Shown here one piece after another: positions 22,251 to 35,958 of a stretch of 61,755 nucleotides of DNA. The notes beneath the pieces were generated by a model, which was given only the letters and a program-made list of their open reading frames with translations, did no database searches and was not told the origin of the DNA. Both the position numbers and the translations under genes were made by a program. The stretch's first letter is position 1, and each line of letters starts with the position of its first letter. The stretch comes from Craspedostauros australis (Eukaryota): contig JALAGF010003956.1 of NCBI GenBank assembly GCA_030167865.1, positions 1 through 61,755 of the forward strand. The letters are read 5' to 3'.

Positions 22251-23528
22251 CTACGAGAAGTTTGACCTCGCGGCCTCCGCGATGGCTTGGTCGACCTTTT
22301 CCTTCAGCGTGTTTGCAGAAACCATGATCCTCAGCATGGTGATCGCGAATACCACCGCCAACGCCACTCCAGCTGCATTGAAGTAGAAGAGGTTGTTGTC
22401 ACTGCTGACTTTGATGCATTTCTTGACAGGATCTGCTTGGACCAATGAGGTTGCGCCTCCCTTTGTATTTTCAGTTTTGCTCTCAGGTTTGTCATCGACT
22501 TTGTCATCGACTTGGTCACCGTCGGACGAGGAAGAAGATACGCTGTCGGTGCTCTTGCCAGTGCTTTGCAATAGAGGCACGTCGTCACTGTCATCGTTTG
22601 TCTCATTATCCTTCTCATTGATCTTGGCATCGGCATCGTCCTTTTCCGCTGCCGCAGTATGTTGACGCGCATTATTCACGCCCTTCCCATCCGACTCGCT
22701 CTTCTCCAACAGCCGCTGCGACGCCTCGCCTTCTGCGTCCTTGAGCTTGGGCAGCGTCGCGATGATGCACTCCGCAACGATCCACGCCGACACCCAGTAC
22801 GACCATATGTGGATCATGTCAAAGGCTCGCAGATAGTAGGGACACACGTCCGTGTCGGGATCGCAGTTGACGCGCACGCCCCTGGGATCGCGCCACCCCA
22901 GCACCATGACGAGGGAGTACCAGTATCTGTACAAGGCCGGCGCCCACATCTGCCCCACGGCGCGGATGGCCCATGATCGGTGGCTGTGCCATTGCTGTCG
23001 CGTCGCCGTGTGGTAGCACATGTAGCAGAACCAGGCCAGGACGACGCCCGACAATGCCAGCGCCAGCGCCATGTTGAAGCCGCCGACGAGGGTGAAGTTC
23101 ATGAGGTAGATGAAGATGTTGCCGCAGATGCAGGCCCCGATGCCGGCCAGCACGAAGATGCGTCCCATGACGCGATGGACCTTGGGGTAGTTGCGGCGGA
23201 TGGATCCCATGAATTGCGACGGCGCGACGACGATGCCCACTGCGCCGATGACCATGTGGCTTCCCATGAACATCTTGCGCGCGACGGTCTTTGCCAGGCC
23301 TGGCAGCGCGCTGTTCCAATCGTTCTCGATGAAGTACCGATGGAAGATGCCGAAGGCAATCCATGGGATCGCGAACAGGTAGAACACGACGAAGACCACC
23401 ACCCATGGCGATCTCCATGCCTTCGGCAGAGCGAGGATGCTTCTGTCGCTTGTTCTGTGCGCTACCGCGCTTGTCTCTGTCGCCATGGTGTTGCAAGTGT
23501 GATGGTGCTTGTGCTTGTTCATGTGCAT
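22251..23528 (-). CDS. DUF2306-family multi-pass membrane protein
   Basis: HMVIGAV...QFMGSIRRNYPKVHRVMGRIF and HSHRSWAIRA motifs typical of DUF2306; several TM helices, an acidic loop and a final TM helix. True start may be ATG 23486. Confidence 0.82.
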   Translation of the reverse strand: MHMNKHKHHHTCNTMATETSAVAHRTSDRSILALPKAWRSPWVVVFVVFYLFAIPWIAFGIFHRYFIENDWNSALPGLAKTVARKMFMGSHMVIGAVGIVVAPSQFMGSIRRNYPKVHRVMGRIFVLAGIGACICGNIFIYLMNFTLVGGFNMALALALSGVVLAWFCYMCYHTATRQQWHSHRSWAIRAVGQMWAPALYRYWYSLVMVLGWRDPRGVRVNCDPDTDVCPYYLRAFDMIHIWSYWVSAWIVAECIIATLPKLKDAEGEASQRLLEKSESDGKGVNNARQHTAAAEKDDADAKINEKDNETNDDSDDVPLLQSTGKSTDSVSSSSSDGDQVDDKVDDKPESKTENTKGGATSLVQADPVKKCIKVSSDNNLFYFNAAGVALAVVFAITMLRIMVSANTLKEKVDQAIAEAARSNFS

Positions 23529-24309
23529 GTGCTTGTTGATGTGCTTGTGATTGTGTGGTTGCTTCGTTTATGACTGCCTCAGTGATCTCCTCGTTCTCAT
23601 TTCTTCCACAAGCTAGCTACCCGGTGCGCACGAGCATGAGTATTGCGGCTCAGTCACAAGTTGGCTTGTTGTGTGTGCGAATTTGCCAAACCAATGCGGT
23701 GGCGGTCGCCAACACCTCACGGAACACGTAGTCGTCACTGCATCAACGATGTTGACCGGTGGATCGTGAAAGTTCCTTCATGGTTGCCTTTTCTCCGCGC
23801 TTGCTTGTTCGCGAAGTTGAATCTGCGTTTCTCCGCGTTCTTCATGAACAACGGAACGAGTCATGCACGCATTCGCACGACTCGATAGATCTCATCATGA
23901 GTTCTCGAAGGAGCGACCACCAAAAGACTTCCAAACGAAGCCAGATCACTGCGGTCAAAAGTGTCAAACTGCAAGCGACTTTTGACCGCATCGACAGCAG
24001 CGGCCTGACATGCTTGAGCCGCCTCGTCTCCAACAAATGGAGACTGCTTACATTTCGTCCATGGATACAATTGTGTACACGAGTGTATGATATTATACAA
24101 CATTTCATTAGTGTACGAGTATAGAGATAATCGCTGAGTACCGTATGCACAGCGGAGGTACTGTCCAGCTGATGCGACACCTGGAAGATTGTTGTGTGTC
24201 AGCATTCCAGACTGACCCCGACAGCGCGAACGTGGCTGGAGCTTGCCGTGCGAGAGAGTTGTTATCCCACCCCTTCCGCGTATAATCATGGCGTAACATC
24301 GGCGTTGCT

Positions 24310-25377
24310 CTACCGCAGGAAATCCTGGACGATGCTCCCGATATTTCGCGGGTTGTAGCCGTCGATGCGTGAGATTGTGGCTTTGAACTTCCACAGCCGC
24401 TGCGTTGGTGCTTGCGGAGGCGTGGTCGTCTCCTGCAGCTCGACTGTACTGCCCGAAAGAGTCGTGATGGAGAGACTGCGATGGCTTGGCAGCGGTTGCC
24501 ACCATGCCGGCTTCTTCGGAATTTGCATGGAGGCAAAATGGGCATTGCATTGCCGATCTTGCCAAGGGGTGCTGCTCGCGAGGGCGACAAGGTCCTGTCG
24601 TAGGTTTTGGAGTTGTTGATAAGACGCCGACAGTGAAACCCGCAAGATGGCTTGACTTTGGGAAATGCCCGAGACGATCATCCTCCAGAAGACGTCATCA
24701 GCGATGGGGCCTAAGTTGGCGATGACGATCACCTGGAGCGTTGTTGTGATGGCTAACGTCTGCCCCAGTTCCACGCCGTCGATGGGCGTTGCAGAGAAGC
24801 TGAGCTCTCGCAGGACGGGAAGGCGGCCTCCGAGCTGCTCATTGTTGGGTGCGTTGAAAGAGGAATGCGCACGGATGGTTTGGCAGAGACTCGCTCCGTT
24901 GTCCTGAAACGAGCAGGACAGGAAGCAGAGTTCCTCTGTGCGCGTCGCTAGCCAGACGCATGCTGCGGCACTGATGTCGCGAACCCCCTCCACCATCACA
25001 AGATGGTAGACATAATGGTAGGTCTCCATGAAGATGTCCAGCACCCACGCTTGGCACAAGCTAATTTCTGCCCTCTGCGTGGACGTACCAATACTCAGCT
25101 GGTGCCACCAATTGAGACGGAGTAGCCATTCCCTGGCTGCGTCCAGTGAAGCCTGATTTGCCAGGTCGTCAGAATGCATGCAGACGATCAGGTCGTTGAA
25201 TGATGCAACGACGCGCAATCCGTCGATTCTGTCCACAGCTTCGTCATCATCCATCAGCGTCAGTGGTCCAATACGAAGAGGCGGTTGGCCTGTCTCACGC
25301 CGATTGTTCGTCTCCTGAAGGAGGGCGGGGAATGTCACGGGAGGATTCATGGTTTGCGTGTGCGTTTGCGTCTGCAT
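24310..25377 (-). CDS. Hypothetical protein, possibly degenerate RNI-like leucine-rich repeats
   Basis: 355-aa ORF (likely start MNPPV at 25350) with segments such as TEELCFLSCSF, LRELSFSATPI, LQVIVIANL, ILRVSLS. Confidence 0.55.
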   Translation of the reverse strand: MQTQTHTQTMNPPVTFPALLQETNNRRETGQPPLRIGPLTLMDDDEAVDRIDGLRVVASFNDLIVCMHSDDLANQASLDAAREWLLRLNWWHQLSIGTSTQRAEISLCQAWVLDIFMETYHYVYHLVMVEGVRDISAAACVWLATRTEELCFLSCSFQDNGASLCQTIRAHSSFNAPNNEQLGGRLPVLRELSFSATPIDGVELGQTLAITTTLQVIVIANLGPIADDVFWRMIVSGISQSQAILRVSLSASYQQLQNLRQDLVALASSTPWQDRQCNAHFASMQIPKKPAWWQPLPSHRSLSITTLSGSTVELQETTTPPQAPTQRLWKFKATISRIDGYNPRNIGSIVQDFLR

Positions 25378-26337
25378 TTGTTTGCCGGTGTGCGTGGGGA
25401 TTGTGGGATGAAGTGATGACTTCTGGTTGCAACTTGATGGTCAATGGCTGATGGCTGGTCTGTTGGGCGAATGTAGGGATGGTTCACTTGTTGTGTTGCA
25501 TGTAACAGCAGGAGACGGTCGAGTGTTTGTGAGCCAAGATGGAGATGCGGGGCTGCTGCTTTGGAATTCATCGTTGTTGGATTTGTGTGTGGTGGTGGGT
25601 GCGATCAAGACAGCTTTTTCCCGACGGCGCTCGTTCCTGTTCGGATACAGCAGGCACAGGGACGTCGGAACTGTGTCCCCTCCTTGTCCACAAACTTGCT
25701 GAATCGTTCGTCGCAAACTTGTTTTCGAATCCCCAAAGAAGCAACCTCACCGAACGGCATGACATAGATCAAGCGATAAGAAAGGAAACGATGCCGCATT
25801 CTCGCAACATGGTCGTCCATGGAAGTAACACAACCACGGCAAGGGCATGCTAATGTCGAGGCCGCAACTTCCAAAATGGCGCGTGTATGGCCTCTCACAT
25901 TTTATGACCATGGTGTCTGCCGCGATCAGATGTTGCCGTTGTCGCGAAAATCAACGGTTTGGATGCATACACGGCGATGCCGCGTGGAGGAGGATTCTCA
26001 TACACGCAAATGATGTCCAGGCCAATTCGCAGAACAAGAACACAACGACAGACAAAAACAGAACTTGGCAATCAGTTAACCTGCCCAATGGTTGTGAGGC
26101 AAGCGACTTTTTCTGTGCTTCGTTCGTCAACGGGAGAAGCAGGACAAAGAAATGGGCAAGCAAACTGATTGTTCGGCGGAACTGGATAGAATCGTTGCCG
26201 AAGACAGCTCTTCATCCTCTTCATTCCATAATAGAATACGATACTTCAACTCTAGGGCTTCCATCCTTTCGTTTCGTCCTGACTACATCGAGTATGCTTG
26301 CCAAACGAGACACAAACGGATTCTGCCAGTGCTCTCT

Positions 26338-29300
26338 CTAGAGCATACGGTTCTGGGCGAACTGCACGTAGTCCCGTCCCTTCTTGCTCTTCTCGCGTTT
26401 CAGGAACGTCTCTCCATGCTTCAGCCAGCGGACCGGATCTTCGCCGATCATCTTGGCGATTTCATCCTGAACGGGACGCTTCTCCCGCCGCCCAAGGACC
26501 CGCAGATCCTTCAGGAAGTGCTCGCTGGGATGTCCGTTGTGAATGTACATGCACTCCTTCAGTGTCATCATGGCCGATCCGAACTGGTGGTGCCGAGCGT
26601 AGTGCTGGACGAGGGACCCGTACGATGGAATGTCCAGCGTCCTTTGCTGGCTCTCCACGGTGTGTTTGAATGCCAACGCCCGCGACAATCGCTTGTTCTC
26701 TATCAGCATCTGGAAGAGCAGGCGTTCGGTGTACGCCGTTGGTTTCTGCCGAGTTTGTGGTGTGTTGTCGCCAAGCGCACGTTGCAACAAGGTAAGGGTT
26801 AGATAGGAGAGGAGGAAGTCCGCGGGCTCATTCTTCTCGCAAACTCGTTCCTTCGTGATCTTGTATGGACGCAGCGCACAACACGGGACCATGACATGAC
26901 ACTACGCTTCGCTATATTGTATCGCATCGAATTCCAATGCATTGCATTGCGTTGTATCGCATTGCGTCAGGTCACTTACCACATTTGCCATTCCGAATTC
27001 TTCCTGATACAACGCCATTGCGTTGTCGATGGCGCCGGCCTTGGCCCGGACTTCCACTGCCGAATTCAGAACGTGAGAATCGAGCACGCCCGATTCCTTG
27101 GCGTAACCAAGGGCAAAGTCGACATTCTCCCGATTGGTCCTCTTCAACCATGCGGCGTTGATGTCGTCCGGCATGACCTGTCGCAGTATGGGCGTCAGCT
27201 GCAGCAGCGATGGTGTTCCGAGCGTCGTCTTGAATTCTCTTCGAACTGCCTGCAACCGGTTGATAGGAAAGCCCGGGAGAACTTCCTGAAGCTCCATGAT
27301 GTCGGCGCGTTCCACCTCATCCAGAATATCGAGCGCGTCGGTTTGGGGATGAGGAAGTGGAACGACAGCAGATGGGGACGTGGTCGCGAGTTCAGCTGTT
27401 TGGCCATGCTGTTGCTGCAGTGCATCATCTGCGAGCACATCAATGCTTGATGAATCACCGTTTGATGAATTACCGCTTGAGCCAGTAATGGAGCCCTCGA
27501 CGAAGTGATCATCTTCGCTTGCTGTTTGCTGATCTGTGGTCTGTGATAGGGTGTCAACCTCCGGCACCGTTGACGTTTCTGCTGTTGTTTTTGCTGCTGC
27601 CGTTGCTGTCGATCTTGCGGTGTCGTTTTCTTCTTCCTCCTCCTCTTTCCATCGCATATCATTGTAGTCGAAGTACATGCGCTTTGGTTTTTCCTTGACA
27701 GCGTTGTCGTCTTCAATTGTCTGTGTCTCTTTGGCCGCGATGTTTTCACTGTCCGACCCTTCAGTGGCCTTGGATGAAATGAAGTTTGCACGAGCCTCAA
27801 CAGTCTGCCGCGAACGGCCCAGGAAAGTCTCAGGATCTTCAAATTCGTGATCCGGCGTCGGACCTTCCATGGCTTCGAGCGAACGGTCAGGGAACAGATC
27901 GCTCTCGTCGAACGTCACATCTTCGTCAACGTACACCCCGCGGAACTTCCGTCTCACTCCCTTCTTGGGTTCCTCTTTCTCATTTTCATCCATCCGCCGC
28001 AGCGCGCTGACACCAACTTTCGTTGTATCCACCCCTGGGGATGCCGGATCTCTGTAGCTCGGTTTCCAGCGCTCGTTGATCATCCGCAGCGAGTTTTCGC
28101 AGAGATACCCGCCGTTCTCCACGCCTGCCCACATCATGCCGATTCCATTCCTGTTCAAGGCTTGCGCGCAGGCATGAACGAATGCAGACACGACGCGGGT
28201 ATCTGTTCCATACTCGCGTCGCTCGAACCCTGCCTGCTCATGTGGCGACAGCTCCTTCGTGAGCTGAGCATCGTCCTGTGTCGCCAACAATTTCTCGTTG
28301 CTTCCCTGGGCGATCTGTCTATCGCGAATGGTGTTTTCATTTCCTTCCACGTCGACTGTGCCGCTGCTGCTGCTGCTGATGTTGCCACTAGTCTCGCCGA
28401 TGGTGGTATTGTGAGCAACAACGTCGGTTGGACCAAGCTCACCTCCTAAACCAGGCAGCTCCGAATAGTCCATCTCACCGTCATAGTCATCGTCGTCGTC
28501 ATAGTCGTCATCATCGTCGTCAAGACCATCGGCGATACGCGTGACTGCCGCGTCTGACCCTCGGGCGTTAGCCTGACGACTCGACGGTCCCGACAGCTCC
28601 TCTATATGTTGCGCGCTTCCGATCAGACGGAGATGATCGAGCTTGCGAACTTCCGCTGCCAAATAAATGGCCTTGGCCGTTGCGGAGTCGCCGGCAGCAC
28701 CCGCACACAGGATCAAGGCCGAAATGAAGCCATCATCCAGCTCCACCTCTGCATTTTCGGCCATGATGACGATTTCCCGCGCCATGAGACCATGGTGCTG
28801 CGTGAAGGATTCGCGGCGCATCTGCAATCGTGAGGATCCCCGTTCGAAGCGATTGGCGATCTCGTGGCTGCGTGCCACCGCTCGGAGTGCGCTGGAGAAG
28901 CACAAGGTGGTTGGCTTGACTTCGAACCGTTGCATCTCCTCGAGCAAGTTGATGACCTTTTCCGCCTGCCCGCGTGCGCCGCACAATCGTATGATCGCAC
29001 CGTAGGCCATCGCGTCTGGCTCGGTGCCAATGATCCTCATTTCTTTCCATTTCTCCCACCCGGCCTTGCCAGCCTTGTCACGGACGGCATGGGGTAGCCG
29101 GCCGTTGTTGCTGACATGGTAACATGCCGCCATGAGCGAGGTGTACGCTGCTTGCGTCGGTGGGACGTCGTTGCGCGTCATTTCCTCCATGACGCTCAAG
29201 CAGCCTTCATAATCGTGCAGCTTGGCATGGATGTCGACCAGGATGGACCAGCTGTAGGCTGACACTTTATGCTGGTTGGTTGTCATGAGATCGAACACTC

Positions 29301-30491
29301 GCCGTGCCTGCCATTGCCATGGTCAGTCAGTCAGTTCAGTGATGCGTGATCGTCATCAAGAATGTTATCGTAGAATAGAGCATAGCAGAGCAGAATACCA
29401 ATATGAGGAACCGATGGTGTGAGGCACGGTACAGTATGGAATGACGGAAAGCGCAAGAAATCGCCCAACCACAATGGGAGGGTCACAATGATGCCAACAA
29501 CGCTCAACTCAATTGAACCCAACTCCATTCCACACGACGCAACACGATGCAACACGACGCAACTCACCTCGCCAGGTGTGCCGCAGCACGTGAGTAGCGA
29601 TGTGTAAGTGACCTCACCAAAGGCCGAAGTTGGGACGCCGAGGTCCTTCAGCAAGAACTTAAGTGCGCGGACCAGACCGATCGGTTTGCGGCGCGTCCCG
29701 TTGAGGTCGCGGTAGGCCATGAGAGCATTCGCGATGTTCCTGTCCGACGGCAAGGTGGCAAACTGGACCGATGGCAGCGACGTCGACTCCTCGGCAGCCG
29801 ATTCTACATCGCCGAGACTCTTCCTCCATGTCTCGTAGCGCTTCATCTGACGTTGAACCTTGTTGTAGTACCTGCCGAACTTGTCGCCTCTGTACGACGG
29901 CACCGGCGTGGGTTCGCTGGTCAGCGACTGCGTGCCACCCATGATGCTGTCCAACAAGGCATCGCCGTGCGTGTAAACATCGTCGCTGGTATCCGCGAGA
30001 GAAGTGGTGCCCGGCAGCTCGCCATTCGCCACGCGCGCCTTGTGGACGAGAGACTCGAACTCTTCCTTGTCGCGTTCGCGGCGTTGGCCGGCCACGGATC
30101 CGGGCGCGCTGTGACGAGCGATCGCTGCCTGCCGCCGCTTGGCCTTGGCGCTCATCTTCTTGCCACCGCGACGTCGGCGGTTGGCCTCCTGACGCGCGGC
30201 CATCTTTTCGAAGGCCGACGATCGGTCGTGGCGGCGGTATCGCAGCTGCTGGTGGTTGAAGTAGAGCGATGCGGAGGCCGTGGGGTGGGAAACGAAGGAA
30301 ACGACGTTGGCAGTGGGAGAAGCAACGCTGGGCGAGGAAAGGCCCATCGTCGAGTACTGGTGTCCATGGTTCAGTGATGAGACTGATACTGATACTGCTG
30401 TGGTTGGCAACGGCAATGCCGATACTGTCGATGGCTTCGCACGCGATACCTGGCGCGCAGTCCTCAGCAGCGAAGGGAGTCTCAGCACCAT
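26338..30491 (-). CDS. Pentatricopeptide repeat (PPR) protein, probably mitochondrial
   Basis: Exons 30491..29568, 29307..26980, 26745..26338. Junctions give TPGE|ARRVFDLM and MANV|KPTAYTE. PPR motifs YTSLLTCC, SWSILVDIHAK, PTQAAYTSLMAAC, PDAMAYGAIIRLCG, KPTTLCFSSALRA. Arg/Ser-rich, acid-free N-terminus resembles a transit peptide. Confidence 0.88.
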
Positions 30492-31152
30492 GATGCCAAC
30501 AGCCAATCGTCCACCAGCTCGCAAGACAATCTCTGTGCTTCTTATTATATGATTCAAACCACTATGCTAACAATGAGTTGCTCTCCGTCGTGTGATAGTC
30601 GTACGATCCAACAGAGGCGAGAGCATTGATGCTTTTCGGTCGCTCAGCTCTCTGCCAGGTGAGTGTTCCAAGCAGATGGTCGGGGTTTGGTGGAAGGCTT
30701 TTACTCCACATGTTTCGTTGTCTTTCTCCCATTTTTGGTTGGTTTGTGGTTGTGGATACTCTTCTCATTTGATGACTCGTGACCTGACTCATGCTTCTCA
30801 TGATTGATGAAACACGACTGGTAGTATGCTATATCGCAACCTAGACAGATATGCCGACAAATATCCCATCAACAAGCGTCGAAACTGAATAGAGCAACAG
30901 AGTGTATTAGATCATGGAGGACATTCTGGCCCACTGCTTGACTCGCGCCTGTGCACGTCATCATTGAATGCGTTAGCACCAAGCACACTCGTACTCTAGT
31001 CCATCGATGGACGCACGTATCAGTCTGTGAAACGTTGTTGTCTACGATGGTTGGTTTGGGATGCTTGCTTGACATCGCCGTGCTGGTGATCCCGACCTCG
31101 CCGCTGCCAGGAGCTTCCCGTCGTCTGTCACAGTCATTTTGGCTTGGACATT

Positions 31153-32997
31153 CTAGTTGTATCCGAAAAGCCAGCACAGGAATGCCCAGCTATATGGACA
31201 TTCCTCTTCCGAGTCTTCTGGGATTGTGAGCACGGTGTCGATGATGTGGATCACACCGTTCACTGCGGGGATGTCCGGGGTGGTGACCTCCACGTCGGTG
31301 TTGAGGAAGAGCGTGTCGTTGTCCACGGAGACATCGATCTTGGATCCCTCGAGGGTACGGACAGACTTGCCGTCGTAGTTGGTGAGCACCTCGGAATCCC
31401 TCTCGCCCGCCAGGACGTGATACAGGAGGATGTCCTTGAGCTCGCCCATCGGGTCGGCCAGCAACTCATCCAGCTTGCCGGCCGGCAGAGCATTGAATGC
31501 GGCATCGGTGGGTGCGAACACGGTGAATCGTCCTTCGCCCTGCAAGGTCTCGGTCAGCTCGGCGGCATCGAGCCCGGCAAGGAGAGTGGTGAAGATTCCG
31601 GCCTCGTCCGCAACGCCGGGGATGTCCTTTGGAAGGGAGACGGTGGGTGGGATCAGGACGGAATCGATGATGTGGATGATCCCGTTGGACGCCAGCACAT
31701 CGGGAGTCGTCACAGTGGCTTCGCCCTTGTTGATCTTGACGCTTCCATCGACCACGCCGAGTCCGAGGCTTTCATTCTCCACGAGGGTTGGCGCGGACAG
31801 CAGCCCGTTGATGATGTCGGTGCTATTAGCAAAGGCGGGCACGACGTGGTACTTCAGGATCTCGGCCAACGTGGGCTGGTTCTCATCCTTCAACAAGAAT
31901 CGCAGAGCGCCGGGTGGCAGATCGAGGAAGGCATCATCGGTTGGTGCAAAGACGGTGTAGGTGCCGTTGGGGTCCGCAAGAGGCTCGTCCAGATCCGTGA
32001 TATCCAGAGCCGCCAGCAGGATGTAGAAGTCTCCATTCTCGAAGGCTGTGTCAATGATGTTGAGCGGGATTTCAAGGTCTGGTGGGATCAGCACGCGGTC
32101 GATGACATGCACGACGCCGTTGGTGGCGTCGAGGTCGGCGGTCGTGACCTTGGAGTCATCGACGAAGATGGTCTTGATCCATCTCCAGTGACGCCAGCTC
32201 AATCTCCACCAGATGCTGAAGGTCACGTCGTCTCCGTTGGCCGTGGTAGCGGTGTCGCCGTCGTTGATGGCATCGGAGAAGACCTCGGAGGTGAGGACGT
32301 GGTAGAACAGAAGATCGGTGAGCTTGTCCGGGTTGGCGATGAGGAACTCCAAGCCGCCGTCTGGCAAATGCTCGAAGGCCTCGTTGGTGGGCGCGAAGAC
32401 GGCTGCGTCGTGCAATTCCAGTTGAGCAGATTGAGTGCATAGATTGAGGCGATTACGTTTGATAGTGGAGTGGAGTGGAGTGGAACAGAGTAGTGATGTT
32501 GCGTTCATCATCCGAGCGCAGAATAGAGAATGCAGGTTCCGAGTTTGGATTGATTGCGTGTATTATTGGGTGTGAGAAATCCGAAGGCGTAAGCGAAAGA
32601 TGACACATCGAAGCGGAGTACAAGTGATGTGACGTGATGCCATGTGCAACGTGCAAAGTGATCACAAACGAAACAGAAAGGCATTGGTCAGACGAAGAGG
32701 AGAGAGGCAAGGAGACAATGGCACGGAAGCTGATGGTGCCCAAGGAGGATGCTGTTCAGACCATAGTACCAGCAGCACTGATACGGAAGCGCGAGCAAAA
32801 CGAAAGAACTCACTCAGTGGACCACCACTGTCCAAGGCAGCCAGTACCGATGGATCGGCAGCTCCGATGGCCGTGACGAGAGTAGTGAAGTCATCCCCGG
32901 AGGCGATCTCGAGGATGGTCTCATCTTGCGCGGAGACAAAGGTAGTTGCCACCACGGTCGCAAGAAGAGCGGAAAGGAGGTTGCGGATGAGCTTCAT
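31153..32997 (-). CDS. Secreted fasciclin protein with three FAS1 domains
   Basis: Exons 32997..32814 and 32402..31153; the junction restores GPLTVFAPTNEAF. Three TVFAPTxxAF / YHV / NG(V/I)(V/I)H(V/I)ID sets; signal peptide MKLIRNLLSALLATVVATTFVSA. Confidence 0.93.
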
Positions 32998-35958
32998 GGT
33001 GACTGTGTTGAGGAGGAGATGTTGTCTTCTTCTTCTTCTTCTGTCGCTGATGTTGTGACTGGTGGTCGTCCACGCTTCTGGTCCGAATGTTCGAGTTGCA
33101 ACGAACTTGTTTTTATGAGTTGTGATGGATCAGCATCCGCAGGAGTGGATGGATGAATGTGTTTGCTCAGAAAAGGGAGGGCGACTCGTGGCAGTCGATG
33201 TGATGAAGGTGTTACAAGTGAAGCCAACAACAACGAGGATGTGGAGAGAGCGGAACTGGTTCCATTCATGAAAAGACGTCAGAAGTGGTGGGAACACTGA
33301 TCGTGCGAAATTATCAAATTCTTCCGTCATCGTGGTCAACACATCATGGGGGGGGAGACATGTCGTTAAGTGGCGTGAAGAAGGATCCGCAACGTCGCCT
33401 GTGGAGGTGTTCCTGATAACGTACGAGGACTGTGCGACCTATCGTTAGATAGAGAAGGGAATCCTCCATAATCGCATGCTGCTTCCGGCCATGTACAACG
33501 ACCAAACGAACACATTCGCACAACAAGTATGCTGCGCAGATTGCGATGAGTTCCGATGCTGGTACTGGTTTTGGCGAAGAGCCTGAAGCTGAGAGCACTC
33601 CGATTTCAGCTGCGACACGCATTCATGTCGAGTAGTCTGCATTGAAGTATTCTAGAATATTCTATTCTATTTACTTCACCATTTGCAACTACTTGAATCG
33701 CAAAAGTGTACAACTGGCTCCTCGCAACAGTGCTTCACGCGCACACTTCGTTTGGCAACGTTCGGTAGGACAAAGGCCTGGAGATCAAGGCTGAGACGGA
33801 GCCTGATTTCGTGCGTTCATCTCTCTCTCTCCCGACTTATCCAAGGCCAAGAGTGGCCACTTGCCGCTCTTCCTTTCCGCTCTTTGGAGAGAAATGGATC
33901 TGAGATGCATCTTGGTAGGGGCATCTTGTGGGTCGTGATGTTGGCCGTTTCGAGTTCCACGCGCCCTCTTGTTGAGTCATCATGGAACCTCGTAGAACAA
34001 AAAGATACCATTCAGGCTCCCGATCCAAAACCACGAATCAGTGACGTTGTTTGTTGAGCACGCCTACGACTACACGTAGAAACAAGCAGGATGATCAGCT
34101 TCCGAATTGAAGACTCATCACAACCAACGATGATGGTGCGCACTCACGCCAGGCATCATGGGAAGCAAATAGCGACAGCTTCCACCAAAGCTGACGACGG
34201 ATTGCGCGTCATACTATTCCAGTGGAAGACATCCAGAGCATAGCTCGCGTCGAGCACTCGAAGTTCTCTGGTGCATCCCCTCCAGATGAAATCATTTGAC
34301 ACCACGGAGCACGCGGATGCACAGACAAGCGTCCGGAGCCTCTGCGTTGCCGGGTTGCCGCTCAATGATGCGCATCATGCTGACTCAGTCCATATCTGAC
34401 GCTTTCGTGCGTACTCTAGCGAAAGTGGACATGCTGGACGAATGCAATACTATTCACCGAAAACATGCCGATGGTCGCGCCCCATGAGGCTGTTTCATGT
34501 CGTACTATCTCCATGAACGAGATTGCCACGTTGCACGACAACAAATTTGGCACGATCGATGGTCATGGAGAACAGATCGCAGTTTGACTCGTTGCAGGCT
34601 GTGAGCACGCTCGAAAAGCAGGCAGCAGCCACGCTGCTGGATCAAGTCGAGGCGAATCGAGTCGCACCAAGATGCAACGCTCAACAACGCCCTTGCGGTG
34701 CAATGCGGTTCTTGGTTCTTCCGTTGTGTTTGGTGCCTCTTTGCGACAACCAATCGACATCCAACATCTCCACTTGGTTGCGAAAGTCCTCTGATGGACA
34801 AACGTTTCGTGTCTATCCTCGGTTTCTCGATGCGATACATCCACGTCTAACCGTCGACAGTCTGGCCATCTCATCAACGGTGATCCAAAAACATGAGGGG
34901 CTTTGTGTGTACTTCGATAAATCCGATGTTGGCGACGACGGCTCTCTAATTACCATGCCATGCGTGTCGTAGTACGACTCTTTTGACCGTTGGGGGCTAA
35001 GTGGAGGGTTGGGCGAGCAGCTGTCGCGCGTGGCCATCGCGAAATGGAGCAACGCGCCACACGCGTTCGCGTCGCCAACAAATGTGAGATAGCGATTGTG
35101 CGCCACTTTGTGCGCCGTTTTCGCGGTGATACTCCGCATCACCTGGCAGGTCCACGAAAATGGCAAATCATGCGTTTGGTTTGTGTGTGTGCCTGTGAGT
35201 ATGGTTTGTGCGCGGTGTGGCAGCAAACACTTTCCGTTCAGACATCGACAGCGGAGCCGTTGGTGGTGAGTGGGATTGCTTGGAGGTTGTCGGTGCTGTT
35301 GTCGTTGGTGTTGTCGTTGGTCGTGAAGTGGAGTGGAGTGCAGTTTCGCATCGTGCTGCTGATCGACTCTGCTGAACTCTTCGACTCTTATCAGTGCATT
35401 GCTGAAGACAAACACACAGACACAGACGCACCAAGGGCAACCTGGACTGCACTACGGAACGTGAGGTGACGTGACGCAAACATCACCCATCATTCCCCTC
35501 TGTGCTGCAATTCACCATCTGTTGTCGCCTCTCTTTTACGATTGAACGAGGCTTCCAGTATTGCGTTGAGTATACAGAGCGCTCCGCAGAAGAATCGGAG
35601 CAAGCGCAAGTCATTGCTTGAGCTCAAACAGCAGCAAAGACAGCATCAACAATTCCAACGACGGCACAGGCCGCAACAACACCACAGCAACACAGTAACA
35701 CAGTAACGCAGTAACGAAGTAGCACAGAAAGCTCAGCCAAGTGAAGCGAAGCCGAACGGAGCATCAACCAAGGTCAGCTAGAAGACGCCATCGTGAAGCA
35801 ACTCACTCAACCGAAGAGTCAAGCGGAGCGCTTCGAGCATTCACACAAAGGCCTCTCGGTGGTGGGAACCGTGCTGCCATACTCCAGGTCCACCACTTCT
35901 ATACCATCCAGAGGCAAGCGTGCGGCACAACTTTATCACCAGCAAAAGCGGCAGCAGC

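Noticed and set aside
33000..35950. About 3-kb stretch between the divergent fasciclin and LRR genes with small ORFs (e.g. 34523..34972)
   Set aside because: No domain, splice model or repeat structure I can support; probably regulatory or UTR sequence.
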